From positions 1 to 35,835 of the IMG/VR virus record IMGVR_UViG_3300019765_000012: 35,835 nt of DNA; one strand, given 5' to 3'. Positions 19,700 through 28,899 of this stretch are shown here, piece after piece. The stretch is from a virus (Duplodnaviria > Caudoviricetes). The position numbers and the translations under genes were made by a program. The notes beneath the pieces are model-generated. The model saw only the letters and a list, made by a program, of their open reading frames with translations. It did not search any database and was not told the DNA's origin. The first letter of the stretch is position 1. Every line of letters starts with the position of its first letter.

Positions 19700-21241
19700 C
19701 TAGTTTAAAATACGATACTTGTATTCACTTGAAAAAGGATTAACTAAAAATCTATTATTACCGTTTTTGATACTTCTGCTGTCTGTGTAATCGTTATCTA
19801 GTCCTGTTGAATAGATACTACCTGATGCAGTTTGTGCTAACATGTATTTTTTTAACTGTGCAGGATTCATATGAGGATTTGCTTGTAGTATCAATGCTCC
19901 TACTCCACAAACTTGCGGACTAGCCATACTGGTTCCACTGATATTCATGATCTTAAAGTTAGTGTCTTGGGGATAATTACCTGTGTTAAATTCATTTATA
20001 GTACTACTTGTACTCATTATATCAGTACCCGGAGCGTACAAGTCCACACCAGGACCGTTTTCACTGCTTTGTGCTTTTTGTTCTAAGCCTCCTGAATGTA
20101 CTGAACTATCAATGTTACCTACCACAATTGCTTCATCGTCGTATGGGCTTCCTCCTCTGTGATAATATCTATTAGATCCAAACGCACCACTATTGAAATA
20201 GTTGTTGTAATCAACTCCACCAGGTACATCAATTTTTTGAAAACTGTTTCCGGCAGCAACACAAACATGTATTCCTGCATCTATCATTTCTTGTAGGTCT
20301 GTGTCTACACTAGCAACTCTTACTACATATCTATACAAATTGTAAACACTCACATAAGAACCAACCATACCATAATCTGTTCTTCTGGTTGTACCTGTCC
20401 AATTTGTACCTCTGTAGTTTCCACCTAGTATATTGTAAAAATAACTGCCATATCCCCAACTCATGTTAACAATAGTAGGTCTTTTAAATCCAGTTGCTGG
20501 ATCTACAGGCTTGTTGTTGTGCCATCCTTTTATAACATCAAAACAATCAGTGATGCTGATGCCAGTTCCGGGATCCCCGCTTCCTTCTAGTCCTGCTACT
20601 TTTACACTGTAAATATGAGATTCTTTAGCCCATCCGTATGTTTTGCCTGCAGCAATTCCTGCACAATGAGTTCCATGTCCGTTATAATCTCTATAATGAT
20701 TGGCATTTTGAGTTCCACTTAATCCGCTAGATGTGTACCAATCTATTTGTTGCACACGAGACACGCCATTTTTGTCTTGAAATTCTGGATGATCTACTTG
20801 CAAGCCACTGTCTTGTATCACAACATCAACACCAGTTCCGTCTAGGTTATAGGTATATTGTCCTGTGTTTTCTGTTAGGTTAGAACCATAAGGATTATTA
20901 GTACCAATACAACGTCTCAGTCCCCAGTTGACAAAATTACCACTATCACTGGTAGTTTTGGTAAAGTCTGCTGTTTGTATTGCATTTCTAACAAGTTCTA
21001 AATCATCATCCTGATCTGGTGGTATTGCAACATCTACTACTCTAGGATCGTTTCTAAGAGCTTGTGCTTCTTGGTCTGTTAATGAATAATGTGTGTTTCT
21101 TTCACTCAACAATCTAGCATTGGCTACGTCAACACTACGACTAGGTATAGTAGTATTTCCGGTAGTTTGAGTCATTTCTGCTGCAAAACTAGCAGCATCA
21201 ACGTCACGTTTTAAACTTACTATATATTCACGCTCAGTCAA
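19700..21241 (-). CDS. Subtilisin-like S8 serine protease (513 aa)
   Basis: Triad motifs VVIQDSG, HGTHCAG, GTSMASP; oxyanion AAGN; propeptide-like N-terminus; TTG start with AAGGA Shine-Dalgarno. Confidence 0.92.
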   Translation of the reverse strand: MTEREYIVSLKRDVDAASFAAEMTQTTGNTTIPSRSVDVANARLLSERNTHYSLTDQEAQALRNDPRVVDVAIPPDQDDDLELVRNAIQTADFTKTTSDSGNFVNWGLRRCIGTNNPYGSNLTENTGQYTYNLDGTGVDVVIQDSGLQVDHPEFQDKNGVSRVQQIDWYTSSGLSGTQNANHYRDYNGHGTHCAGIAAGKTYGWAKESHIYSVKVAGLEGSGDPGTGISITDCFDVIKGWHNNKPVDPATGFKRPTIVNMSWGYGSYFYNILGGNYRGTNWTGTTRRTDYGMVGSYVSVYNLYRYVVRVASVDTDLQEMIDAGIHVCVAAGNSFQKIDVPGGVDYNNYFNSGAFGSNRYYHRGGSPYDDEAIVVGNIDSSVHSGGLEQKAQSSENGPGVDLYAPGTDIMSTSSTINEFNTGNYPQDTNFKIMNISGTSMASPQVCGVGALILQANPHMNPAQLKKYMLAQTASGSIYSTGLDNDYTDSRSIKNGNNRFLVNPFSSEYKYRILN

Positions 21242-21263
21242 GTTATTATTTCCTTGTAATATA

Positions 21264-23420
21264 TCAAACTATGCTAAAGTTAATACCACCCGACAGGGTA
21301 AAGCTGCCTTGAATCTCAGTATCACTTACTCCAGGATACGGCGTATTCACAGGAATAGTTGCTTGATACAGTACTCTCGGATCGCCACCGAGTAAGGATT
21401 CATATGCGTGATCAGCTTGTGTCCAATCGGTATCATTTGGTGTTGTAGGTTCAGTACCTTGATTGAAAGAATCAGCTGGTTGTAGTTCTACATTATTTTG
21501 TATCCAATTTTTTAAATCTTCCCAGGTCCAACCTCGATTATACTGCATCACTGAAGCTAAAAGTCCTGCTGCCACAGGTGCTGCTGCACTAGTTCCACTA
21601 AAGCGGGCATCGTAGCAGTTGCCTGAATACACAGTTAAATCACTATAAGTATCATCTAACCTTTGAATCACTCCCTGATTTGCGACAGTGGCTGCAAGAG
21701 TTCCGTCACCAGGTGCATAAAAATCAATTGCAGATCCTGTATTACTGTAATCAATTTTATGCTCTATACGCACAAATGGGTACTGCATAGCATTTCTATC
21801 ACTTAACGCACCAACAGTAATAGCCGGAAACTTCACTGTGGTGTTTCCTTGAAATGTTTGACTTTCTGTTTTACCTATGTGATTAGGGAAACCTCTGCGA
21901 TTGGTTGTACCTGTTGTTTGCACTCCAAATTCGTAAAAACTATCCTGGTATAGTGTGTTTGTATTGTTGTTACTGATTCTATTATCGTAGTTAGGATGAT
22001 CAGGATTTACTATCTGTTGATTACTATTACCGCCTGAGCTAATAAAAATTACGCCAGCTTGTATAAGTTCATCTCCTGCTTGCGTCATACTGTTGTCATA
22101 CATTTCACTAGACCAGCGTCCACTGTCTCCTTTGAGTCCATTACGACTAATGAATCTAGGTTCCCAACCAAGACCATCGTATGAAACTGCCGGATCTGTT
22201 CTCCAATACCAATAGTCACCGGTTTTATCGCTATACCCCGGATTGTGATCATCACTGCCGCCGCTTCTGTATCCCCAACTGTTTGAACTTATTGTAGGGT
22301 CTTTTGTGCCATACAGTGGGTTAATTGGTTTATACTGATGAAATATTTTTTGAATGTCGAAGCCACGTTCAAAACTTCCAATATTGTTAGCTCCATATAG
22401 ATTCATCTGCCATTTATTAGAATTATATGCCCAACCATGAGTTCTACCGTAAAGCAAACTAGCGCACTGTGTTCCGTGATTTGCTGAACTAGGCAGCGTT
22501 GTAGGACTTCCATGTGCATTATCTCTAGTATAACTACTAGGCACTAAAATGCTACCAAAAGCTGCGAATTGCGGGCTACGCTCTTGAGTGTATTGCCACC
22601 AACTACGTGCAATACTTTCAACAGGCACAGTTGTACCGTCCCATCGTGTTGTTAATCTTGTACCTGGACTTGCATCGAACCAGTCTGGATCAATATAATA
22701 AGGAGCATCTAACACCAAATCTAATACATCACAATATCCATCGCCTGGTAGCACATTTCCGCCTGTATAGTCAGATGGGTTCACTGCATTAGTAACACCA
22801 CTGTTAATAAACTCTGTGTGCCCGATCCAAGAGCCATTGTCAGCACAAATAACATCCGTATGTTCTCCTGCACCAAATTGTCTAACTTTTTCACTGGCTC
22901 CCCACTTTGGGCTTGGTTTTTGGGTTGGATAATACCCAAATGCTTGATCTTTCCAATAATATTCTTTGCTTTGCATCCTGACAAACTGATAACTAGCACG
23001 GTTGACAGTAGGTTGTTCAGTCGAGAATTGACTTGTTACTACATAAACGCCTCCTCCACCAAACTCAGATTCTTGGAAATCTGTCCATGTCATATAGTTT
23101 AAGTTTGGTGTTGCCCATCTTTCAGTTTTTACTGTTCCTAAAATTCCGTTGTGTAATTTATCTTCAGGTGGCATAAGTTCAGGATACCTGTTAAAACTTT
23201 TATTAATAAACTTAATTCTACTATCTAATGCAAGTGTTTGAGCTTCTTGTTCAGTGAGCAAAAACTCACCACGAACAGCACTATGTATCATATCATCAGT
23301 GCATGTACACGCTCTGTCAGGAATAGTATCTGGTGTTGCATCACTTGTACACAATTCGTCGTGTATTTCTTGCCATTGCTCTGGAGTATGTGTTCCGAGT
23401 GTATAATATCTTTCGGTCAT
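21264..23420 (-). CDS. Subtilisin-like S8 serine protease (718 aa)
   Basis: VICADNG, HGTQCAS, SNSWG, SSGGN, GTSAAAP. Confidence 0.9.
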   Translation of the reverse strand: MTERYYTLGTHTPEQWQEIHDELCTSDATPDTIPDRACTCTDDMIHSAVRGEFLLTEQEAQTLALDSRIKFINKSFNRYPELMPPEDKLHNGILGTVKTERWATPNLNYMTWTDFQESEFGGGGVYVVTSQFSTEQPTVNRASYQFVRMQSKEYYWKDQAFGYYPTQKPSPKWGASEKVRQFGAGEHTDVICADNGSWIGHTEFINSGVTNAVNPSDYTGGNVLPGDGYCDVLDLVLDAPYYIDPDWFDASPGTRLTTRWDGTTVPVESIARSWWQYTQERSPQFAAFGSILVPSSYTRDNAHGSPTTLPSSANHGTQCASLLYGRTHGWAYNSNKWQMNLYGANNIGSFERGFDIQKIFHQYKPINPLYGTKDPTISSNSWGYRSGGSDDHNPGYSDKTGDYWYWRTDPAVSYDGLGWEPRFISRNGLKGDSGRWSSEMYDNSMTQAGDELIQAGVIFISSGGNSNQQIVNPDHPNYDNRISNNNTNTLYQDSFYEFGVQTTGTTNRRGFPNHIGKTESQTFQGNTTVKFPAITVGALSDRNAMQYPFVRIEHKIDYSNTGSAIDFYAPGDGTLAATVANQGVIQRLDDTYSDLTVYSGNCYDARFSGTSAAAPVAAGLLASVMQYNRGWTWEDLKNWIQNNVELQPADSFNQGTEPTTPNDTDWTQADHAYESLLGGDPRVLYQATIPVNTPYPGVSDTEIQGSFTLSGGINFSIV

Positions 23421-23430
23421 GTTATGTCCT

Positions 23431-25890
23431 TTACAGTGCTGCTATTCTTGATTGAAAATCAGCAAAATCTGTACTTGCTGCTACTTCAGCTTTAAGTGTT
23501 GCTAAACTAATGTATGCTGTCAAATCAGTTGTTAGTGCTACTGTACCGGTTGCATCTGGAAATGTAATTGTTCTATCTGCTGTTGGATCAGTTACTATGA
23601 GTGTTGTTTCAAATGCATCATCGGTAAATCCTTCAAAAACAACCGAACCAAGTTGTCCAATTTGAACTTGACCAAGATTTTCTATATTTTTTCCATCTGC
23701 ATCTAAGGCGCCGCCAAGTTTTGGAGTTGTATCATCTGATACTCTACTGAAAACATTACCATTAACAAGATTACTTGTATGTACATCGAACCAGGACTGC
23801 TCTATTAAACTTGGTAAAACTATATCATACCAACGAGTTACATGTGCTGGATCTGGATTGTTGTTTGTACTAATGTTTAGCCAGTACAAACTATCAATTG
23901 ATCTAATTGTTGGAGGAACAGTACTTAGGTCAATATTACCATACTCAAAACCATCACTGGCTATAGTTTGAGCCCAAGTTGCAAAATCAGCTGGTGTTGT
24001 TGGATTTGCTGACCATATATTAGTAATTTGATCTACAAAATCACTTGATGGTAATAAATTATCATATACAACTTTGGTCATTGCAGCCCAACTAGTATTA
24101 GTATAAATTTCAAACTGATTGTTAGAGCTGTTGTAAATCAAGTCACCGTCTTCACTGGTCTTTGCATCACGTTGAGTGGTTGTAAAACTAGCAATTTTAA
24201 ATGGACTTTGTGTAACTTCTACTCTATCAGTAGCACCTGTGCCTGCTGTGAAATTTATATCTGTTGAACTTGTTATTGTCGGGACACCAACGGCTGTACT
24301 GGTAACACTACCAGTAATATTAATATTACCTGTGCCGATGATATCATTACCATTCATGTTTAGATCACCACCAAGTTCTGGTGTGGTATCATCAACAACA
24401 TTTTGAAAACTGCTTTGATCTATCCAGTCATAATCGCCACCGCTCCAAGATAGTATCTGATTAGCAGTTGCAGTGCTTTGATTTAGATGTGAATCAACAT
24501 CTGAATTTGCATAACCTGCATTGTCGACCCATGCATAGTCTGATCCATTCCAACTTAATACATAACCACTTGTTGGATTTGATTGATTGAGATGTGCATC
24601 AACGTTTACATCGCCGTATCCAGTTGTTTGTGCAACCCATGCATAGTCTGATCCATTCCAACTTAGTACTTGGTTAGCGCCTGCAGTGCTTTGATTTAGA
24701 TGTGCATCAACATCTGAATTTGCATAACCGCCGCCAATCGGTCCCCACGCACCATTGGCGTAGCCCTCAAACTGAGTATCATCTGTGTTGTAGCGTAGCA
24801 TGCCATTTTCAGCAATAGACGGACGCTCTGCTGTGGTGCCATTGGAAATCAAAACTGCACCAGTAAGGCCAAGAGTAACATCCGCGTTGGTGTCATTTAA
24901 GACTAAGTAGCCTTGCGGTGTGCCGCTTTTAGATGCGGAAAAAGTTACTTTGTTTTCTTCTGCACCATCTGTGACATTCGTTGTCGTACTTTGAATACTT
25001 CCATAAGTATGAATAGCTGCCGCACTATTTTTTGCAGAAAAAATTATAGATGTAGTGTCTATTGTAGATGGGCTAGTGGTGTTGTGATAAAGATACACCA
25101 ATGGTCCAAATCCTCCATCACTATCTCTCTCTATAGAGTAGGTTGCATATGGTAGTGTTTGCCTATGAATCATATTCCCAGAAGTGCTTAACAGAGCCTC
25201 TCCGGTTACGCTTGCACTAGTGTCCAAAGAGATACTAAAGTCATCTGTATCGCCAAAGAATATTTTGTCGTCATCTGCAAAATGAATATCGCCATTGGTG
25301 TCTTTTATTACAACATCATCGGTGATTCCATAACCTGCTATTGTGGTTGGTTTGTTTAATAGTGAGTTAAAATCAGTGCTAGCAGTTAACGATTGAGTAG
25401 CAACACCATCCGAAACATATGCTGTAAACGCAGTTCCATCTACACCTGAAGTTAGTCCTGCGTCGGTATATAGTGCCGCAGTAGTACTTGTCAGAACACT
25501 TACATAATAACTATTACCATTGAGTTCTGTCATACCAACAACATCTGTGATTGTAACACTAGCAGCATTTGTAAAATTATGTGCTGCGGTAGTAGTGATA
25601 ACAACAGGATTGGCTTGTGTTGCTCCTGTGATAGTTGCAATAGGTTGAGAAGTAAATTGCGAACTAGCCCATTCCTGTGTGGCCATTGTTCCGCTAGCAT
25701 CAGGCAAAATAATGTCTCTGTCAGCAGTTACACTGGTCGCTTGTAACTTGACTTCAAAATCGTCTGGCACAGTGCCTTCAAAAATTAGTTTAGTTCCTTG
25801 ACTAATCCATATATTACTAGTAGGATAAAAAACAATATCCTGATCTGATTTAAGTTCTAAATCTCTTCCGCTTGCTTTGATGGTGGTCAT
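23431..25890 (-). CDS. Mosaic fibre-like virion protein (819 aa)
   Basis: FEG modules at both ends, ITGATQANPVVITT...ITDVVGMTELNG domain (E1-FCCH-like, common in phage structural proteins), two DDTTPxLGGxL motifs, three 35-aa repeats. Confidence 0.8.
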   Translation of the reverse strand: MTTIKASGRDLELKSDQDIVFYPTSNIWISQGTKLIFEGTVPDDFEVKLQATSVTADRDIILPDASGTMATQEWASSQFTSQPIATITGATQANPVVITTTAAHNFTNAASVTITDVVGMTELNGNSYYVSVLTSTTAALYTDAGLTSGVDGTAFTAYVSDGVATQSLTASTDFNSLLNKPTTIAGYGITDDVVIKDTNGDIHFADDDKIFFGDTDDFSISLDTSASVTGEALLSTSGNMIHRQTLPYATYSIERDSDGGFGPLVYLYHNTTSPSTIDTTSIIFSAKNSAAAIHTYGSIQSTTTNVTDGAEENKVTFSASKSGTPQGYLVLNDTNADVTLGLTGAVLISNGTTAERPSIAENGMLRYNTDDTQFEGYANGAWGPIGGGYANSDVDAHLNQSTAGANQVLSWNGSDYAWVAQTTGYGDVNVDAHLNQSNPTSGYVLSWNGSDYAWVDNAGYANSDVDSHLNQSTATANQILSWSGGDYDWIDQSSFQNVVDDTTPELGGDLNMNGNDIIGTGNINITGSVTSTAVGVPTITSSTDINFTAGTGATDRVEVTQSPFKIASFTTTQRDAKTSEDGDLIYNSSNNQFEIYTNTSWAAMTKVVYDNLLPSSDFVDQITNIWSANPTTPADFATWAQTIASDGFEYGNIDLSTVPPTIRSIDSLYWLNISTNNNPDPAHVTRWYDIVLPSLIEQSWFDVHTSNLVNGNVFSRVSDDTTPKLGGALDADGKNIENLGQVQIGQLGSVVFEGFTDDAFETTLIVTDPTADRTITFPDATGTVALTTDLTAYISLATLKAEVAASTDFADFQSRIAAL
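24418..24729 (-). repeat. Three imperfect ~105-108-bp coding repeats
   Basis: GYxxxxVDxHLNQSxxxxxxxLSWxGxDYxW three times in the 819-aa ORF. Confidence 0.85.
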
Positions 25891-25911
25891 AACAAATACT
25901 CCTCTTGTACA

Positions 25912-25919
25912 TATTTATT
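25912..25919 (-). promoter_or_regulatory. Late promoter variant AATAAATA
   Basis: Lies between the capsid terminator and the GAGGAG Shine-Dalgarno of ATG 25890. Confidence 0.65.
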
Positions 25920-25931
25920 CATTACAGTCAT

Positions 25932-25960
25932 AAAAAAACAGGCTCCGAAGAGCCTGTTTT
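25932..25960 (-). terminator. Intrinsic terminator after the major capsid gene
   Basis: Minus strand AAAACAGGCTC-TTCG-GAGCCTGTTTTTTT: perfect stem, cUUCGg loop, U7 tail. Confidence 0.92.
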
Positions 25961-25982
25961 ATGTTTGTTATGCTTATACCTA

Positions 25983-27143
25983 TTAGGTAAATGCAAGCTG
26001 GTTTGTTGTAACAGCAATTTTTGCAAGATAGTCAGCTGCGTTACCAAGTGATGATGCTTGGTTGCTTAGTTCCACATAACCATAACGTGTCATGAATGAC
26101 ACAACTGGTTCAAATGTTTGTGGATCTAGTACTGTACCGCTTGACATCAGTGGGATGTATGGGCAGTAGAACGCCGCTGCGTCTGTTTCTGTTGAACCTT
26201 TGTAACCAACTAGGACATCGTCGTTAGCTGCATACTGGTTTACATAAACACGCATTGTGCCGTTTAGTGTACCAACGAATTTTGTATTTGTTGGTGCTTC
26301 AAAAGTACCTTCTGTGCTACGTGCAAATGCGCTTGTTGTCGCACTTTGTAGAACTGTTAGTACTGTTGGGCTTACAACTGCCCAGTTACCTGCACCACGA
26401 CGTGTACGTGCTGCAATTGTGTTTGCATTTTTGTTGATTAGAACTGCAAGAGCTGCATGCTCGTCACCAACAAATGTTGCTGTACCACTTACGCTACCTT
26501 GTGCGTATGTGTCAGCTGCTGCACCAGCAAGACTTGTTAGGCTTGCAATGATTTCTTGGTCGATTTCAGCAGTAATTTCTTGTGCAAGTGCTTGCATAAT
26601 TTCTGCTTCAACGTCAAGACCATGCATGCTTTGTGCGTCTTGTGCTGCTTCAAAAGTCCAACGTGCTGATAGCTTACGTGATTTTGCTTCAACAGTTTGC
26701 TTTAGAACTTGAATGCTTAGTTTCTTACCAGCTTCACCTTCTAGAGCTGAAGTTGCTGCGCCGCCGTTGCTTGCTGCATCGCCTGCGTAGCCTGTTGCAA
26801 TTGCGAATGGGCTTAGTGCTTCATCGCCTGCTACGGCTGTGTCAAATGTTTCTGCGTAACGTACACGTAGTGTGTGGATCTGACCAACTGGGCCTGTCAT
26901 AGGCTGAACACCAACGATCTCGTTGGCAATAACAGTTGGCATAACACGTCTAATCACTGGAAGGATAACCTTGTTAAGGGTAGCAATGTTACCACTTTGA
27001 GTTGCACCAGCTGTAACTGCCTCTGCGAGATAGTTCTTGGTGTTTTCAAGTGTTGTTTCCATAACTTGCTTTTTTGTTCCAGTTAGACCGTCTGTAAGAG
27101 CGGATTTAGTTTCGCTCCAATTTTCCATTAGGTTGTCTGCCAT
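25983..27143 (-). CDS. gp23: Major capsid protein, T4 gp23 family (386 aa)
   Basis: IRRVMPTVIANEIVGVQPMTGP, KSRKLxAxWTxExAQD...HGLDVEAE, FYCPYIPL, F-x-TRYG motifs; GGAG Shine-Dalgarno. Confidence 0.96.
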   Translation of the reverse strand: MADNLMENWSETKSALTDGLTGTKKQVMETTLENTKNYLAEAVTAGATQSGNIATLNKVILPVIRRVMPTVIANEIVGVQPMTGPVGQIHTLRVRYAETFDTAVAGDEALSPFAIATGYAGDAASNGGAATSALEGEAGKKLSIQVLKQTVEAKSRKLSARWTFEAAQDAQSMHGLDVEAEIMQALAQEITAEIDQEIIASLTSLAGAAADTYAQGSVSGTATFVGDEHAALAVLINKNANTIAARTRRGAGNWAVVSPTVLTVLQSATTSAFARSTEGTFEAPTNTKFVGTLNGTMRVYVNQYAANDDVLVGYKGSTETDAAAFYCPYIPLMSSGTVLDPQTFEPVVSFMTRYGYVELSNQASSLGNAADYLAKIAVTTNQLAFT

Positions 27144-27154
27144 TTTCGGTCTCC

Positions 27155-28255
27155 TTAACTTATACCGGCTAATTTACGAAGGTTAATAATTTCTGCAGTC
27201 TGACCAGCTTCTGCTGACTCTGTAACTGCTTCTTTATTTCCAGTGATCTCTTTTGAAGATTCACTTAGTACCTTCTTTTCTGGTTGTTTAGCATCTTCTT
27301 TCAATACAGAAGGTAGATACTTGTTGAATGCACTTTGTAACTTGTCTGTTTGTGTACTTTCAAGTAATGCACCCATGATTTCTTTTTGTTGCTTGTTAAG
27401 CGGTGCCATCATCTCTTGCATGACAGCTTTGCGCTCTGCTACGTCTGCTTTGATGCGAGCATCTCTTGCAGATTCTTGTAGCTGAACTTCTTTTTCAGCA
27501 ACTTTTGCTTCAGATTCACTAAGTTTAACTTGTAGTTCGTCCATTGCTTTGTTTAGTTTTGCAACTTCAGTACCTTCATTGAGGTAGCTGCTCATAAACT
27601 CTGCTGCAAATGTTTCGAAAATCTTACGTCCAAAGGTATTTTCTTTGGCTGTTTTGATATCTTCACGTAGTGTTGTAAGTTCATTCTTGATAGTATTTTC
27701 AAGAATTCCCTCAATCTTTTCTGCAGATTTAGCAATAAACTCACGTTTTGTTTCGTTAATGACTTCTTTGCCTTCTTTGATCATTTTGACTTTTGCTTCA
27801 ACTAGTGAGCGTTTGTCTTCATGAAACTCGTTGAGCTCTTTGGTCAGTTGCTCCATAACAAAACCCTCTAGTTGGGCCATGTTAGTTTCTTGCAACTTGC
27901 GGTCTTCGCGAAGTTCGTTAATTTCTTTGCGAAGTGTATCCATCACAAATGAATCAAGCACTTTAGCATGCTCTTTCATATGTTTGCGATATGCTACACG
28001 ATCTTCTGCAACTTTGGCTTTGTCTTCTTTGAACTCTTCGAGTTCTTTAGCAATAACATCACCAATCATTGTATCCATAGCTTCAACAATTTGCGATTTG
28101 TCATTTTCATAACGTTGTGCAAATTCTTCTCTAAGTTCAGCTGTGATTGCCTCACGAGCTTCTGTTAGCTGGGTTTCCCAAGCTTCGGATAGTGAAGATC
28201 TAACCTCCTCGGAGAGCGCATTTGAGCTTAATAGTTCATCCATTGCATGAGCCAT
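27155..28255 (-). CDS. gp22: Prohead scaffolding protein, gp22-like
   Basis: E/K-rich coiled coil positioned between the protease and capsid genes. Confidence 0.85.
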   Translation of the reverse strand: MAHAMDELLSSNALSEEVRSSLSEAWETQLTEAREAITAELREEFAQRYENDKSQIVEAMDTMIGDVIAKELEEFKEDKAKVAEDRVAYRKHMKEHAKVLDSFVMDTLRKEINELREDRKLQETNMAQLEGFVMEQLTKELNEFHEDKRSLVEAKVKMIKEGKEVINETKREFIAKSAEKIEGILENTIKNELTTLREDIKTAKENTFGRKIFETFAAEFMSSYLNEGTEVAKLNKAMDELQVKLSESEAKVAEKEVQLQESARDARIKADVAERKAVMQEMMAPLNKQQKEIMGALLESTQTDKLQSAFNKYLPSVLKEDAKQPEKKVLSESSKEITGNKEAVTESAEAGQTAEIINLRKLAGIS

Positions 28256-28256
28256 A

Positions 28257-28898
28257 TTAATCTCTCCTATACTTCAGGTTTTTAATAAAGTTTGTCACCT
28301 CTTCCTGGAGATAACGTTGTGCTCTGTTGTCGTGTCCTGCTGCACTAGCGACATCCATTAGTACATTACCCCGTCTATGATTCATAATTCTTTCATAGAT
28401 TGGATCGGGATATGCATCCGGAGCACTTGGATTTGCAACTATGTCTACAGTAATAATTTCAAAATCTTTAACTATTCCGTTTTCATTTACATTGCCGCTG
28501 CCTCTACTTGACACGCCTAGTTTTACACCACTCTCTAATAGGGTTTTACAAATGTTTCCCATTGGAGTTGGCAATATTTTCAGCTTACCGATACCGTTAG
28601 CACCATCAATATCCATCTCAGTAATCATGTGACTCACACGATCAAGATTAATATTTAGGTCATCTGGGTGATCAGCTTCACCTAATACACTGTATCCTTT
28701 TTTGATTTTTTCATTGATCGCTTTAACAGCACCATGAATTTCTTCTTTTGTGTAGATACGGTTATTCTGATTGCGTACATCGCCTTCAATAAAGATACCT
28801 TTCATATAGAGGCTTTTGCCACCGTTAGCTTCTTCAATAGCTTCGGTGACAATATTAGCCTGACTATAAGTTAAGTGCTCTTTGAGCGAGGTAAACAT
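28257..28898 (-). CDS. gp21: Prohead protease, T4 gp21 family
   Basis: GIFIEGDVRNQNNRIY, LGEADHP, RVSHMI, TPMG, GVSSRGSG, DIVANPSAPDA. Confidence 0.95.
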   Translation of the reverse strand: MFTSLKEHLTYSQANIVTEAIEEANGGKSLYMKGIFIEGDVRNQNNRIYTKEEIHGAVKAINEKIKKGYSVLGEADHPDDLNINLDRVSHMITEMDIDGANGIGKLKILPTPMGNICKTLLESGVKLGVSSRGSGNVNENGIVKDFEIITVDIVANPSAPDAYPDPIYERIMNHRRGNVLMDVASAAGHDNRAQRYLQEEVTNFIKNLKYRRD

Positions 28899-28899
28899 A

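Noticed and set aside
25480-25645. Ubiquitin-activating enzyme function for the E1-FCCH-like segment
   Set aside because: It is a small beta domain common in phage structural proteins; no adenylation domain is present.
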